Source of the DNA: Candidatus Krumholzibacteriia bacterium | GTDB lineage: Bacteria > Krumholzibacteriota > Krumholzibacteriia > Krumholzibacteriales > Krumholzibacteriaceae | Reading direction: 5' to 3' | NCBI GenBank assembly: GCA_963836185.1 | Contig: CAWIIQ010000001.1 | Span: 512,001-576,000, forward strand | Length of the DNA stretch: 64,000 bases | Shown: piece after piece, positions 8,773 through 20,719 of the stretch | Layout: every line of letters starts with the position of its first letter | Numbering within the stretch: position 1 is the first letter of the stretch | Notes under the pieces: generated by a model | Told to the model about the DNA's origin: nothing | Database searches by the model: none | The model's input: the letters and a program-made list of their open reading frames with translations, nothing else | Program-made: the position numbers and the translations under genes

Positions 8773-9303
8773 CCTGAAGGTATAGGCGATCTCCCTGAAC
8801 TGGTCGTGGAACTGGTTGAACTGTGCGCCCCTGGTGACCCCGCGGAAGATATAGATAGCCGATCCCCTCTTCTGCATGTACTCGAGTCTCGCCTCGTAGC
8901 GCGGCTCGGTATCGATGACGTACAGGATGTACATCGTCTTCTGCCCGCCAACCTTGATCTCGCCGCTGTCCTCGTACTGGTAGTAGGCTTTTCCCTCGGG
9001 GAGCCTCTTCTTGTAGCTGTCGAAGAACTTCTCCAGGTCCGGGTCGCTCTGCATCCGCATTATAATCACCTCGAACGCGGTGCCCCTGATCTCGGGGTCC
9101 GCGCCCTCCTCAAGCGGCGCGTGAGCCGCGACGACCCTGCCGCCGCCCGGATCTTCCTCCACGGTCCAGTCTGCCGGGAAGGTGATGTGGAAGCCGTTCA
9201 CCTTGTCGCAGTAGACACCGGGATCGCCGGGGCACCTCGAACAGGAGAGCAGCGCCGCCGATGCAGCGAGAATACAGGTAAGAACGATGCAAGAGAGTTT
9301 CAT
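8764..9303 (-). CDS. Lipoprotein, PsbP/DcrB-like fold
   Basis: Lipobox LLSC, GFHITFPADW, KVGGQKT and C-terminal FREIAYTFRL resemble PsbP/Mog1-like proteins. Confidence 0.65.
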   Translation of the reverse strand: MKLSCIVLTCILAASAALLSCSRCPGDPGVYCDKVNGFHITFPADWTVEEDPGGGRVVAAHAPLEEGADPEIRGTAFEVIIMRMQSDPDLEKFFDSYKKRLPEGKAYYQYEDSGEIKVGGQKTMYILYVIDTEPRYEARLEYMQKRGSAIYIFRGVTRGAQFNQFHDQFREIAYTFRLM

Positions 9304-9471
9304 ACTCCGGACCTCCTGCGTGGATGATTACGTCATGGATATATCCTCATGTAGCCCGCCGGTCCGGTCAGTGTCAATCATCATTATCCGGCCCCGGTCT
9401 GTAATTGATTTACTCCTTTCCCTGTGATATAATCCCGGCGGCTCATCCCACATTAAAAAGGAGGGTGTCTC

Positions 9472-11894
9472 ATGGGCAACCGCATTATCCTTGCGGCGGC
9501 GCTTGGCGTTTTCGTCATTGCATCGGCAAGCGTATCCGTGCGTGCCGACTGGCCGGAGAATGGTCTATTGGTCTGCAATGAACTCAACACACAATCGAAT
9601 CCCCTTGCCATACCTGACGGTATGGGAGGTGTGATCGTGGTCTGGAGAGATTATCAGACAGGTGATGATATTTATGCCCAGCGGTTCAACGTGAGTGGAA
9701 CCCCGCTCTGGGACGCGCGTGGCGTCCCCTTGTGCACGGAAGCATCCAGTCAAACTATAGCCTATGCACAGATATGTTCAGATGGCTGTGGTGGTGTGAT
9801 CGTAGCGTGGGGGGACGGCAGGAATGGCGACTGGGATATCTACGCTCAGAGGATCGGCCACGACGGGACCGCACGCTGGACCGTCAACGGGGTTCAGATA
9901 TGCACCCTGGTTTCCAATCAACAGTATCCTCAGGCAGTACCTGATGGAGCGGGCGGCGCTTTGATCGTCTGGGAGGACTGGCGAAACAGCAATCTGGACG
10001 TCTATGCGCAGCGGATCGATGCCGGCGGGATAGTATGGTGGACCCACAACGGAGTCGCTCTCTGCACCGCGGTCAGTAACCAGACATGGATCAGAGCGGC
10101 ATCGGATGGAAGCGGGGGGATGATCTGCGCATGGATGGACTCACGCGCAGGTAATTACGATGTCTATTCACAGAGGGTCGACGGGAGCGGGAACGTCCAG
10201 TGGACAACCGACGGAATGCCTGTCGCCACTCTCACGACAGTTGACGGGAATCCCTGCATCATTGCCGACGGATCCGGAGGCGCGTTCATAACATGGATGG
10301 ACGGGAGGCCCGGGACGGACGGTATTTACGGGCAGAGGATCGATTCATCCGGTAGTCCGCAATGGACCGTAAACGGGGTATCGGTATGCAGCGCCGCAAG
10401 CAGTCAAGTCTACTCCTATCAGGACCTCGATGGAGAGGGGGGGATGGTCGTAACCTGGCTCGATTACAGAAACGGTATATATGATGTCTATGCCCAGCGC
10501 ATGAACGGTTCAGGAGTTGCTCTCTGGACGGTGGACGGGGTTCTTCTCGAGTCGCGTCCGCAAAACATGTACGACCCCAGGATCGTGTCCGACAAAGATG
10601 GAGGAGCGATCGTGACCTGGACGGAGAATGAAAACATATACGCTCAGAGGGTCGATGGAGCGGGAACGGTCCAGTGGCAGATGGAGGGGCTCCTTGTCTG
10701 CGGCGCCCCGGCCTACCAGGATGATTGCAGGATAGTGACGAACGAAGCCGGCGGAGCATATATCGTATGGCACGACTACCGGTCGGGAGATTACGACGTC
10801 TATGTGAGCAACGTAGAGCCTGATGGATCTCTTTATAGTGCGCCCCCCTCGATATCTTCGGCGAATGATGTGCCGGCCGACCAGGGCGGCTATGTCTATC
10901 TGTCATGGGACGCCAGCCGGGATGAGCGCTTCCGGGGCGATCTTGTGACTCACTATTCCATATGGAGGGCGATCGATCCCGCCGCCGCCCTTCTGGCTGC
11001 CGGCAGCGGAAGGCAGATTCTTGAGGCGGGCGCCGGCAATGCTTCCGTCATCCCCCTGGCTGCCGATATTCCCATCGGCGCTGTAAAGATGGAGATTCTC
11101 GACGGCGCGCCATGGTACTGGGAACTTGTTACCACACAGGAACTCTACTACCAGGACACGTACGGGCTGTCCGTATCGACACTCTGCGATTCCGTAGGCT
11201 TGGAAGAATGCTGGCACTACTTCCAGGTCGTGGCGCAGACTGCCGATCCGATGGTCTACTGGGCCTCGCAGCCGGACAGCGGGTACTCGGTAGACAACCT
11301 GGCCCCCTGCCCGCCCCTGGCGCTTGCCGGCGAGCAGAGTTTCACGCCGGAGGGGCTGGAGCTGACCTGGGCGCCGAACACGGAGCCGGACCTCGACTGC
11401 TACAACGTATACCGCGGCATCGGCCCCTCGTTCGACCCATCGCCCGGCAATCTGCTGGCCGAGGCATGCGACACACTTCTTTTCGACGGCGGCTGGTCGT
11501 GGGACTCGGATTTCTGCTACAAGGTCGCCGCGGTCGACGTACACGGGAACGAGAGCGGTTTCGCTCTGCTGTGCGCAGAGCAGGTCACAGGCGACGACCC
11601 GATGCCGCTGCCGGAGGCGACTTTCCTCGCGCAGAACTATCCCAATCCGTTCAATCCCGCGACGACGATTGCGTTCGGGCTTAAAAGAGTCCGGGTCTGT
11701 GTCACTCCGGATATATGACGCGGCCGGACGACTCGTAACTACTCTTGTCGATGAATCAAGACCCGCAGGCAGATATACCACTGAGTGGAAAGGCAAAAGA
11801 AGCTGATGGATCATCCGCCGCGAGCGGCGTCTACTTCTACAGGCTTATATCGAAGGAGTTCGAGGAGACCAGGAAGATGATCCTGCTGAGGTGA
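9472..11894 (+). CDS. Secreted beta-propeller-like repeat protein with FN3-like and C-terminal FlgD-Ig domain; two frameshifts (about 11685 and 11800)
   Basis: Signal peptide; about 7 repeats of DGxGGxIxxWxDxRxxxxDIYAQR; QNYPNPFNP. The tail continues in shifted frames to ASGVYFYRL...RKMILLR-TGA at 11894. Confidence 0.8.
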
Positions 11895-11950
11895 TAAGTA
11901 AAGATGATCCTGCTGAAGGGATGATTTTGTTGAAGCGATGATCCTGCGCA
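11874..11950 (+). repeat. Four copies of the gene's terminal codons (GATGATCCTGCTGA)
   Basis: aagatgatcctgctga at 11874 and 11901 (identical), gatgattttgttgaag at 11920, gatgatcctgcgca at 11937. Confidence 0.8.
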
Positions 11951-12084
11951 TGTAGATCTAGGGTTACGGCCGGATCCATATTGTCTGGTACTGTATATGC
12001 CGCATGCACATCTGAGCCGGTGGCGGATACTGCGAAGACCTGCTGCCATGACAGGATTTTTACGCACGATGGGACTGCCGTTTC

Positions 12085-12118
12085 AAAAAAAGCCACTCCC
12101 GGCGCCGGGAGTGGCTTT
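12085..12118 (-). terminator. Rho-independent terminator (possibly bidirectional)
   Basis: AAAGCCACTCCCGG-CG-CCGGGAGTGGCTTT with an A7 tract, between convergent genes. Confidence 0.8.
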
Positions 12119-12173
12119 CGTATTTCCTGACGCAAACAGGATATTTGCGAATTGCGCTGGTCAAGGCTCCAGT

Positions 12174-13194
12174 CTACTTTTCGAGCTGCTTCTTCATATA
12201 CTTCTCGACCTCTTTCTCGATCGAGCCGGGCATCTTCATGTTCTTCATGAAGGCGGTCGTGCCCGCATCCTCGAAGTAGACCTTCATGCGGTACATCGTG
12301 TCGACCATCGCAACCCTTATAACACCCATCTCATCCTGGTAGACGACGATCTCGAGCGGGTATGCGCCGGCGTGCGAGAGGCCGGGGCACGCGAAATCCT
12401 TGCGCTGCTCGTTCTGGCCGTTCTTGACTATCTGGTAAGACTTGGTGTCCATCGGCGAACCGGAGAGGCCCACTATAAATACGTTATGAGCCGGTACGTG
12501 GACCTGGTAGACGAGCTGAAGGCCCCAGTGTCTTTGTCTTCTCCTTGAAGCCGAGGCCGATGTCCAGACCGACCGCTGAGACCGAGCCCTTCTTGACGAC
12601 GTACTTCTGGTTGACGAGCTTCTTGAAATCGCCGCCGGCGACGACGCCCATCGTCTTGCCGATCTTTCCCTCGGTACGGAACTCGCCGTACTGGGCGCTG
12701 CTCGGTGTGCCTTTTACGGCAGACTGGATCATGGCGCTGAGCTCCGCGAGATGCTTCGCGGAGACATCCATGTATTTCTTGTCTTCCATCAGGACCGTGC
12801 GTGTCAGAGGGATGGGATTTACGACCGAGACGTGCGTCCCTTCCTCGTCCTGAAATATGTTGATGCGGTCGAGAGCCGCGTATGGGCCGGTCTCGACATT
12901 GGCGCCGACGATGATGTCGGCGAAATTCGGCTGGTAGACCACTATCACGCGGGACATGAAATCGCAGTTGTTCGGATCCTTCGAGTCTGTCGTTCCTGCG
13001 ACTATCCAGCCGGAATTTATCGCGGCATCATTGATCGCGGCCGAGATCTCATCTATCGAGCCTTCAGCCTGCCGGACGACGTACTGGAAGACGCCGTATG
13101 TCTCTCCGTCTATCGCGTTTGCCGGAAGAGCCAGCGATACCAGGACGGCAAGCATGATGACTGAAATACTGATGCCTGATTTATAAATCTTCAT
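12174..13194 (-). CDS. Secreted/periplasmic protein, possibly tandem DUF302-like; frameshift near 12530
   Basis: Signal peptide. The 236-aa and 99-aa ORFs join as ...KHWGLQLVYQVHVPAHNVFIVGLSGSP...; contains CPGLSHAGAYPLEIVV. Family call is tentative. Confidence 0.6.
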
Positions 13195-13215
13195 CGATCG
13201 TCTCCTTGTTCACGG

Positions 13216-14509
13216 CTAGAAAGCAAAGCCTATTCCGAATTCCCACTGGTCCATTTCCAGTTCTATCATCTGCTGGCCCGGTACCTCAAGAGGATTCGGT
13301 CCGGATACCGAGTTGCTGAACGCGCGGGTCACGACAAATGAGAGCTCCTTGTCCATGCCGACGTCCTTGCTGATACCGAACGAAAGATGCTGCTCGACGA
13401 CCCCGGGAGCGAGGATGTTAAACATCACTTCACTCTCAGGTATCGGCTGACCGCCGTAAGAGTAACCGCCCCTGAACATCCAGCCGCCGTTTGTCATGTA
13501 CCAGGCGCCCGTCTTGAATATCATCATGTCCTCCCACCCGAACCCGGCGCCGCTGTCGTTGCCGAGCTGCGCTTCCTGGAGATTGGGGAGGATGGGATTG
13601 GCGATAGACTTAACCTGGCTGTACAGTGATCTGCTGGACATCGAACGCCAGGCCCATGCCGGGGAATCCGAACGCGACGCCGGCGGTCCAGTTCGCCGGG
13701 ATGTCGAATCCGCCCTGCTCGGCGAAGAGGCCGGCGTAGTCATCGAATTTGTCCATGTAAGTCTTGGTGACTGGTATGAGGCGCCGAATGAGAGGTACCC
13801 GAGCCATTCGCCGAGGTATCCGACCTTCACGCCGTATCCGACCGCGCTGCTGCTCGCCGTTATTTGTGAGGTTGTCCGGATCTGACGAAAAGCCCATCTC
13901 ACCGAAAGCCTGCAGTCCTTTTGCCTCGAAGCTCTGCCATGCGAAGATCGGGGTGATGCCGATCCCGTGGCTGTTGGCGATGAGCACGGAGAATGTAGGG
14001 GCGACGAAGAGCTGCATGAGGTTGACGCCTGTCGGCGTCGTCTGGCCGAACATCCCGCCCGGATCGAAGGTCGCCGTGGGATAATCGGTGTTCATCCCGC
14101 CGTTGCCGTAGACTGCCAGGCCGAGGGCCATCGTCTCTTCATCATTCAGAAGCCAGTTCGCCGAGATCGTCGGTACGTAGAAGACAGGCGAATCGCTCTC
14201 GTATGTCCCGGGAGCGAGGCCGAATGTCCCGGGGTCCATCGAGGGATCGCCCGTTACAGTGTACCTGCGGCTCGGATTGAAGATCGACAGCGACAGGTCG
14301 TACTGCTTGCCGACGAATGCCATGCCGCCCGGGTTTGTGGCCGCTGCCATCGGGCCGAGGTAGAGCGCCGCGCCGGCTCCTGCGAGCGCCTTGTACTTCA
14401 CGCCGTAACCATGTGAGAAATAGCCGTTTGTGGCGGTTGCCGGGGCCGCGAGGGCGCCGAGCAGGAATACCGCGATGAGCTGCCCTGAGGATTGACATCG
14501 AGACTTCAT
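13216..14509 (-). CDS. Outer-membrane FadL/OmpP1/TodX-family transporter; frameshifts near 13857, 13769 and 13625
   Basis: TNGYFSHGYGVKYKALAGAG, ATNPGGM, YGNGGMNTDY, NILAPGVVEQH and a C-terminal Phe. Confidence 0.85.
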
Positions 14510-14847
14510 GAGGAATACCCCCCTGTAAAATGAAAGATCTCTATCAGGTAAAAGATCTGCATCGAATGAAATGACGGTATCAGATGCCTGGAGCCATATC
14601 AAACGAATGCCTGACAATATATATCGGAATAATAGTACCGGAATGATTATAAATCAACCGATTTGTACACATGGAATCAGGAGAATTGATTGGCAAATGA
14701 TGGGCGATAGGAGCATATTTATAGCAGGTAAGCAGAGGTCCTTTAAAGACAACTCAATCCCCACCGACCCCACCGGGTTTTTCTTTCCGGTGCGCTCGCC
14801 TGTGCGGCGGTCAGCCGGATACACATCTTATTGCAGGGGGTAAAGCG

Positions 14848-16892
14848 ATGCGCTCTCTTATTTCCACTCACTATCATCCTGGTCCTGGTACTCGTCCTGC
14901 CTGCGGATTCACGGGCAAGGGAGGATGGACATCTGGTAACAGACGGTAGTCGGGACAACCTCGGGATAATGGTGTTAGACGGCTCCGGGGTCCATGACAT
15001 CGGGAGCTTCTTCTCCATACTGGAAACTGGGGGATCTTCGGGTCGTATCCCGGCTCGAGCATTCCCATTGCGGATTATCCTTCGGCCATGTGGCCGGCGA
15101 GCAGCGGCGTCGAGCATCTATTTATCGAGGGGATATGGATCGGCGCGAGAAAGGGAGGCTGGCCGAAGGTATCGACATCGGCTTTCGAGAGGGAGTTCAT
15201 GCCGACCGACGACCCGGTCGATATCATATACGACTCGTACGAGGGAGCCCCGGGGGGGATAAGGCTTCCGTCACCAGGCGCAGATGACGACGGCGACGGG
15301 ATGATCGATGAGGACTGGCTCGACGGACACGATAATGACGGGGACGGCCTTATCGACGAGGACTTCGCCGCCATTTCGCCGCAGATGTTCAGTTCGTGGT
15401 TTGCCGACAACATGCCGGGCATCACCGAGATCTATCCTGAACATGATCCCCTGGACATAGTGTTGAGGATGGAGACCTACCAGTGGGACGACGATGATTT
15501 CGACGATTTCGTCGGTGTGAAGTTGACCATGACCAATGTCGGCGAAGAGGTCCTCGAGGATATCTACTTCGGGATGTTCACCGATGCAGATGTCGGGCGA
15601 AGGAGCGACGGGGAATACTACAAGGACGACGCCTGCGCGTACTGGAGGGGGATGAGAGAGTCGGGGGACGGTGAGGTATATGTCGATATCGGTTATGCGT
15701 TCGACGCTGATGGAGACGGTGGAAGTACAACGAGTTATTACGGAACGATGATACTGGGCTGTTCGGTCGATCCGGAGTGGTCGACCGTGAAGGGCCGGGC
15801 AGAATGGACTGACATTCCGTGCTTTCACCGGAGGAGACCAGCCGTATGAGAACGGCGGCGATCCGACGAACGACTTTCAGCGCTACGAAATCATGTCGAA
15901 GGCCGGTTGGGACGCCGTTGCCCCGGATGGGATCGATGTCCGTTATCTCTGCAGTACCGGGCCGTATACCGAGCTTCAGCCCGGTGGTTCGATCACATTC
16001 CACATCGCGCATGTCTGCGGCTTCGGCCTCGAGGGGCTTCTCGACAATGCCGCTAAGTGCAAGCGCCTGTTCGACGGGATAACATTCGACTATAACGGCG
16101 AAGAGACCCAGGTTCACTGGACGCTCGACGAGCCTGCTCTCGCCGGTGTGCTCGACATCAAGCCCGGCACATGCAAGAACCCGTTCAACATCAAGAACTT
16201 CGAGTTTGCACATGAGCGGGAACCCGAACAAGGGCGGCAAGATGCCGGTCGCGATCCTCGGCGGCGAAGGATTCGACGTGACAGAGATCGATATATCCAC
16301 GATACAGGCTCAACGGAGTGGCGCCTCTCTGCAAGGGTCAGTCGTTCTGTGATGTCGCCGGGCCGGGAGAGAATGAGGGGCCGTGTCAGTGCGGGGAGGA
16401 AGGACCGGACGGATACACCGACCTTCTGCTGAAGTTCAGCAACCAGGAGATCGCCGCGACGAGGCTGATCCTGTCGATACCTCAGCCGGGCGAGAAATGG
16501 ACACTGGCGATGACAGGTGAGTTCAATGACGGGACGGAGTTCCAGATGACAGACTGCGTCACCTTCGTCGGCGAGCCGCCGAAGTTCGATAAGCCGGACA
16601 GGCCGATGCTCACAGGGGAGACGAGGCTGATGAGCGCGTCTCCCAACCCGTTCAATCCGGCGACGACGATAGCGTTCGAGCTCGCCGCGCCGGGGCAGGT
16701 GTCGATCACTGTCTACGATGTCAGCGGACGGATGATCCGAAGTCTCGTCGACGGGCACCTGCCTGCAGGGATGCACGAAGTGACATGGAACGGCCGTGAC
16801 CGCAGCGGCGCCACCGTGGCGAGCGGAGTCTACTTCTACAGGCTCATGGCCGGCGAGGTCTGGAGACCCGTAAGATGGTACTATTGCGCTGA
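14848..16892 (+). CDS. Secreted protein with Ca-binding-like DxDGDGxIDED repeats and C-terminal FlgD-Ig domain; several frameshifts
   Basis: Fragments 14831-15262, 15088-15849, 15893-16432 and 16318-16911 join into one gene. DDDGDGMIDED..DNDGDGLIDED; SPNPFNP; ends RKMVLLR-TGA at 16892 after a shift. Confidence 0.7.
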
Positions 16893-16907
16893 TTGCAGGC
16901 ACAGACC

Positions 16908-16951
16908 TTGACAATGAGGACCTCCTGTATTACAATGTAATACAGGAGGTC
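16908..16951 (+). promoter_or_regulatory. Sigma70 promoter with overlapping perfect palindromic operator
   Basis: TTGACA(16908)-17 bp-TACAAT(16931). GACCTCCTGTATTACA-A-TGTAATACAGGAGGTC (16919-16951) covers the -10 box and the RBS. Confidence 0.85.
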
Positions 16952-16956
16952 TTGTC

Positions 16957-17175
16957 GTGAAAAAGCCGATCACAGTACGCCTGCCGGACGATCTGCGTGA
17001 AGAGCTTCAGGATATGGCCAGCCTGGAAAACATTCCGGTCAGTGACATTGTCCGTGAATCGATACGCAAATATATATCGGTCCACAGGTTCAGGCGTCTG
17101 AGGAACAAGGTTCTGCCTTTTGCCGAGGCCCAGGGGCTACTTACCGATGAAGATATCTTCGAGGAACTGGGATGA
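16957..17175 (+). CDS. Ribbon-helix-helix (CopG-type) antitoxin
   Basis: ITVRLPDDLREEL...SDIVRESIRKY; ATGA overlap with the PIN gene. Confidence 0.85.
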   Translation: MKKPITVRLPDDLREELQDMASLENIPVSDIVRESIRKYISVHRFRRLRNKVLPFAEAQGLLTDEDIFEELG

Positions 17176-17573
17176 GGCTTGTTCTCGATTCAAATGTCAT
17201 CATAGCCGCGTTCGCAACTCGCGGGCTCTGCCAGGCACTGTTCGAGTACTGTCTCGAAAACCACGACGTGATCCTCTGTGAAGAGATTCTCGGCGAAGTG
17301 AGGGCAGCGTTGCTGGGTAAAATAAAGGTGCCGGAGGAAGTAGTCGGCCAGATAGAGAGTTACCTGCGAAACAGCGCGGAACTGGTCAGGCCAGCCGCAG
17401 TTGATATTCCAGATCTCAAAGACAGGTCCGATCTGCCGATCCTTGGAGCGGCAGTTTCATCGGGAGCGGATTATCTGGTCACTGGTGATGGAGAGTTGCA
17501 GGCGCTCAGGAAGGTCGCTGATACGGCGATAGTATCTCCACGGACGTTATGGGAGAAGATGAAGAGTGGATGA
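17172..17573 (+). CDS. PIN-domain toxin (VapC-like, PIN_3 type)
   Basis: MRLVLDSNVIIAA, D..D..IL..A, ADYLVTGD and IVSPR motifs. Confidence 0.9.
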   Translation: MRLVLDSNVIIAAFATRGLCQALFEYCLENHDVILCEEILGEVRAALLGKIKVPEEVVGQIESYLRNSAELVRPAAVDIPDLKDRSDLPILGAAVSSGADYLVTGDGELQALRKVADTAIVSPRTLWEKMKSG

Positions 17574-17577
17574 AGCT

Positions 17578-20500
17578 CTAGGAGCTTCTCAGTTTTTCCA
17601 GCCTGCGCCTCGCGTCATCGACCTCGATGATTCCTGTCGTCGGCGTGCTTCATGATATCGAGATACCGCTCGTAGTTCCTGGCGGCGAGATCGTACTGCC
17701 CCTCTTCCTCGTATAGAACGGCAACACGGTAAAGATAAACAGGTACGAGCATGCGTCGGTCGGCGTCCGACGGGTCGATTGTCAGCATCCGCTCGTATTC
17801 CTCGATCGCGCTCTTGTTGTCTCCGAGGGCGAGCATGGGCCCTGGCGACCACGTCCTGATGAAAGGCATGTTGTAAAAACCCATCTCGGTGTATGTCAGG
17901 GTAGGGGTGTACATCGTGTCTTTCGCTTCCATGAACGCGATCGCTTCGGCAGGGTTACCTTCGGCGAGGAGCACCTCCGCCTCGAAAAGTGTCGGCATGC
18001 GGCGGATAACGCTCGATGCCGCCAGCGTCTTCCTCAAATACCGGAGAGGAGACCAGGGCATGCATGTCTTCCAGAGCGGTCCTGGCTCCAGCGAGATCTC
18101 CCTTCTCGATGGCGTTTAATCCCTTGTAGGTGGTTATTGTCACCTCACCTGAAAGAGGGATCTCCAGATCCAGTTCTCGGCTGTTTCAACGAAATCATCG
18201 ATAGCCTCTAGTGATTCATCGAATCTATCCTCTTCATAAAGATGCTGGACCGTGAACATCTTCATAAAGAATCTGTCTCATGGGATGCGTAGATTTTAGA
18301 AGGTATTCTTGAGCTTCGCCTCCTGTTTTCTCGCTTCCCGGAATCTTCCCTGCATGCGCTTGTATCCCGCGCTGTATATCATACCAACGGCCCGCATCCC
18401 GGGAGACCAGGCTGACTCTATGCCGGTTTCGATCCAGTAGTCGGCTTTGTCCAGGTCTCCCTCCATCGCGTACAGATAGGATACGCATAGCCTCGATGTA
18501 TAGAACTCGGGACTGATCTCGATAGCTTTTCAGATAGCTGGCTTTCGCTTCATCTATTCTGCCCATCCTGTAGAGGCAGTCACCCTTCGAATCCCAGGGA
18601 TTGGCGTCGCCCGGTTTCAGGTATGTGTAGCGCTCGAAATACTCGAGGGCCTTGTCGTATTCGTTGATATCCAGGTGGATATATCCAAGCATGTTCAAAG
18701 CGTCCACATAGAGGGGGTCGAGCTCAAGGACCCTTTCCAGCAACCTGATTGCTTCTTCATACTTTCCCTGGGATCTCTTCCAGACAGCAAGGGTGAGGTA
18801 TGCCCGCTTTTCCTTGGGATAATTGCTGGCTATCTCTCTCGAAGATCGTGATCGCTTTCTCCAGGTCGTGTTCGATCCGCTTGGCGTAAAATCCTTCTAT
18901 ACTCAGACGGTCCTTTTCGGATGCACGGTCCGAAGGCTCAGGGCCTTTATTATCAGGCTGTCGGCGGTCGCATGATCGAGCAGACGGGACTTGGTTATAC
19001 CGAGGTACAGATACGCCGAAGCGAAGGTCGAGTCTATCTCGATAGCTCTTTCGAATTTCAGTGCCGCGTCACGGAAGTAGAACCTGTCATAGAGATCTAT
19101 TCCGGAAAGGTAGTAGTTATATGCCTCCATCGAGTGTGTCGTTATCTCTGTAATCGGCCCGCTCTGCTCGGGGATCCGCAGCCTCGATACATCCCTTGTG
19201 ATATCGCTGCTCAGATCGTCGATCTGGCTCTTGAGGATGCTTTCGACGCCGTCGCCCTCCGTGTTGGCCGTATGGAGGAGTTTCTTCGATCTGACATCCA
19301 TCACCTTCGCCTCGATAGCGAAGGAGTTGCCGGCCCTGATATAACTGCCGACGATGACCACATCGATACCGTCGAGCTCGCACAGCTCGAATCCGAGCTC
19401 CTTGTCGATAATTTCGGTCTTCTCTCTGCCGGTCTGCTGGAGAAGGTCCTGCATCCGTTCCCACGTCATCACCTGGAGCCGCCGGGACTGCTCGAGGCTC
19501 GTTATCAGGAGATTCGGGATCGCCGCGGAGAGGTAATCGAACGATTCGTCTCCGGTTCGGTTCTCGAATGTGATAACGGCGACCGGCCTCTGGCCGGCAA
19601 CGAGCTCCGAACCGAAGAAGAGAGGCTTTATCACGAATATCGCTATCAGGAGCGCCGCGATGACGGCAACGGCTATGCCTGCGGTCCGGAGACGGTGCGG
19701 TTTTTTCGGTTTTTCCGTCGCGGGGCAGGGCTGGCATTCACCTGTGAAACGGAACTGTCCGTCTTTGTCCCCTCGATAGTCTTTCTTCTGCAGCGCCCGC
19801 AGGTCGGAGATCATCCCGTCGGCGTGCTGGTATCTCTCGCCCGGGATCCTTGCTCAACGCCTTCAGCGTGATCCGCTCGAGTTCCATCGGCACGCCGGTG
19901 CGGACCGAGGTCGGGGCAGGAGGTTCGTCGTTGAGGATCGAATAGATCACGGCCTGTTCGTACTCACCGGCGAAGGGCTGGCAGCCCGTGATCATCTCGT
20001 AGAGGACCGCGCCTGCCGACCAGATGTCGCTGCGCCCGTCGACGTCCTTTCCCTGTGCCTGCTCGGGCGACATGTAGGCGACGGTGCCGGGGGCGGCGCC
20101 CTCGCGGGTCAGGCGGGTCCGGTCGGAGAGCTTTGCCAGGCCGAAATCCATGATCTTCGCCGTGCCGTTGCTCTTGATCATGATGTTGGCCGACTTGATG
20201 TCGCGGTGGACGATCTTCTGCTGGTGGGCCTGGTCGAGCCCTTTCAGTGATCTGGATCATCAGTTCGATCGAGTCTTCGATAGGCAGCGGGCCGCCGGCT
20301 ATCCGGTCGGAGAGGTTCTCGCCGTCGATATATTCCATCGCGATGAAGGGGCCCTCGTCGGAGTCCTCGATCTCGTAGATCGTCGATATGTTGGCGTGAT
20401 TGAGCGATGCGGCGGCCTGCGCCTCGTTGATGAAGCGTTTGTGCTCCTCTTCGGGGAGCGCCATCCGGCGGGAGAGGAACTTCAGCGCGACCTTGCGGCC

Positions 20501-20593
20501 CAGCTTCGTGTCCTCGGCGAGATACACGACTCCCATCCCGCCCTCACCGAGCTTCTCGAGGATCGTGTAGTGAGATATCGTTTTGCCTATCAT
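17578..20593 (-). CDS. Hanks-type Ser/Thr kinase with TM, TolB_N-like domain and TPR repeats; many frameshifts
   Basis: [31 protein letters not shown]; a TM segment; [12 protein letters not shown]; TPR fragments across 17615-18900. Terminal TAG at 17578. Confidence 0.8.
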
Positions 20594-20719
20594 TGTCAAT
20601 CGAGTCCCCTGCCTGACCCGGGCTCGTGACTGTTACCGCTTGATATGATGATATATCACATGGCGGCGGCGGATATACATAAAAAACGATCAGGTTATTT
20701 GTTCAGTTACAGGCCGGTT

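Noticed and set aside
8707-11950. Short repeats at 8707 and 11874 (and 4983) as CRISPR arrays
   Set aside because: Units are too short or degenerate, there are no unique spacers of about 30-40 nt, no cas genes are present, and the repeats derive from gene ends.
14691-14705. TGGC-N9-GC motif as a sigma54 promoter
   Set aside because: Spacing fits, but the -12 element is GGGC rather than TTGC, which is too weak.
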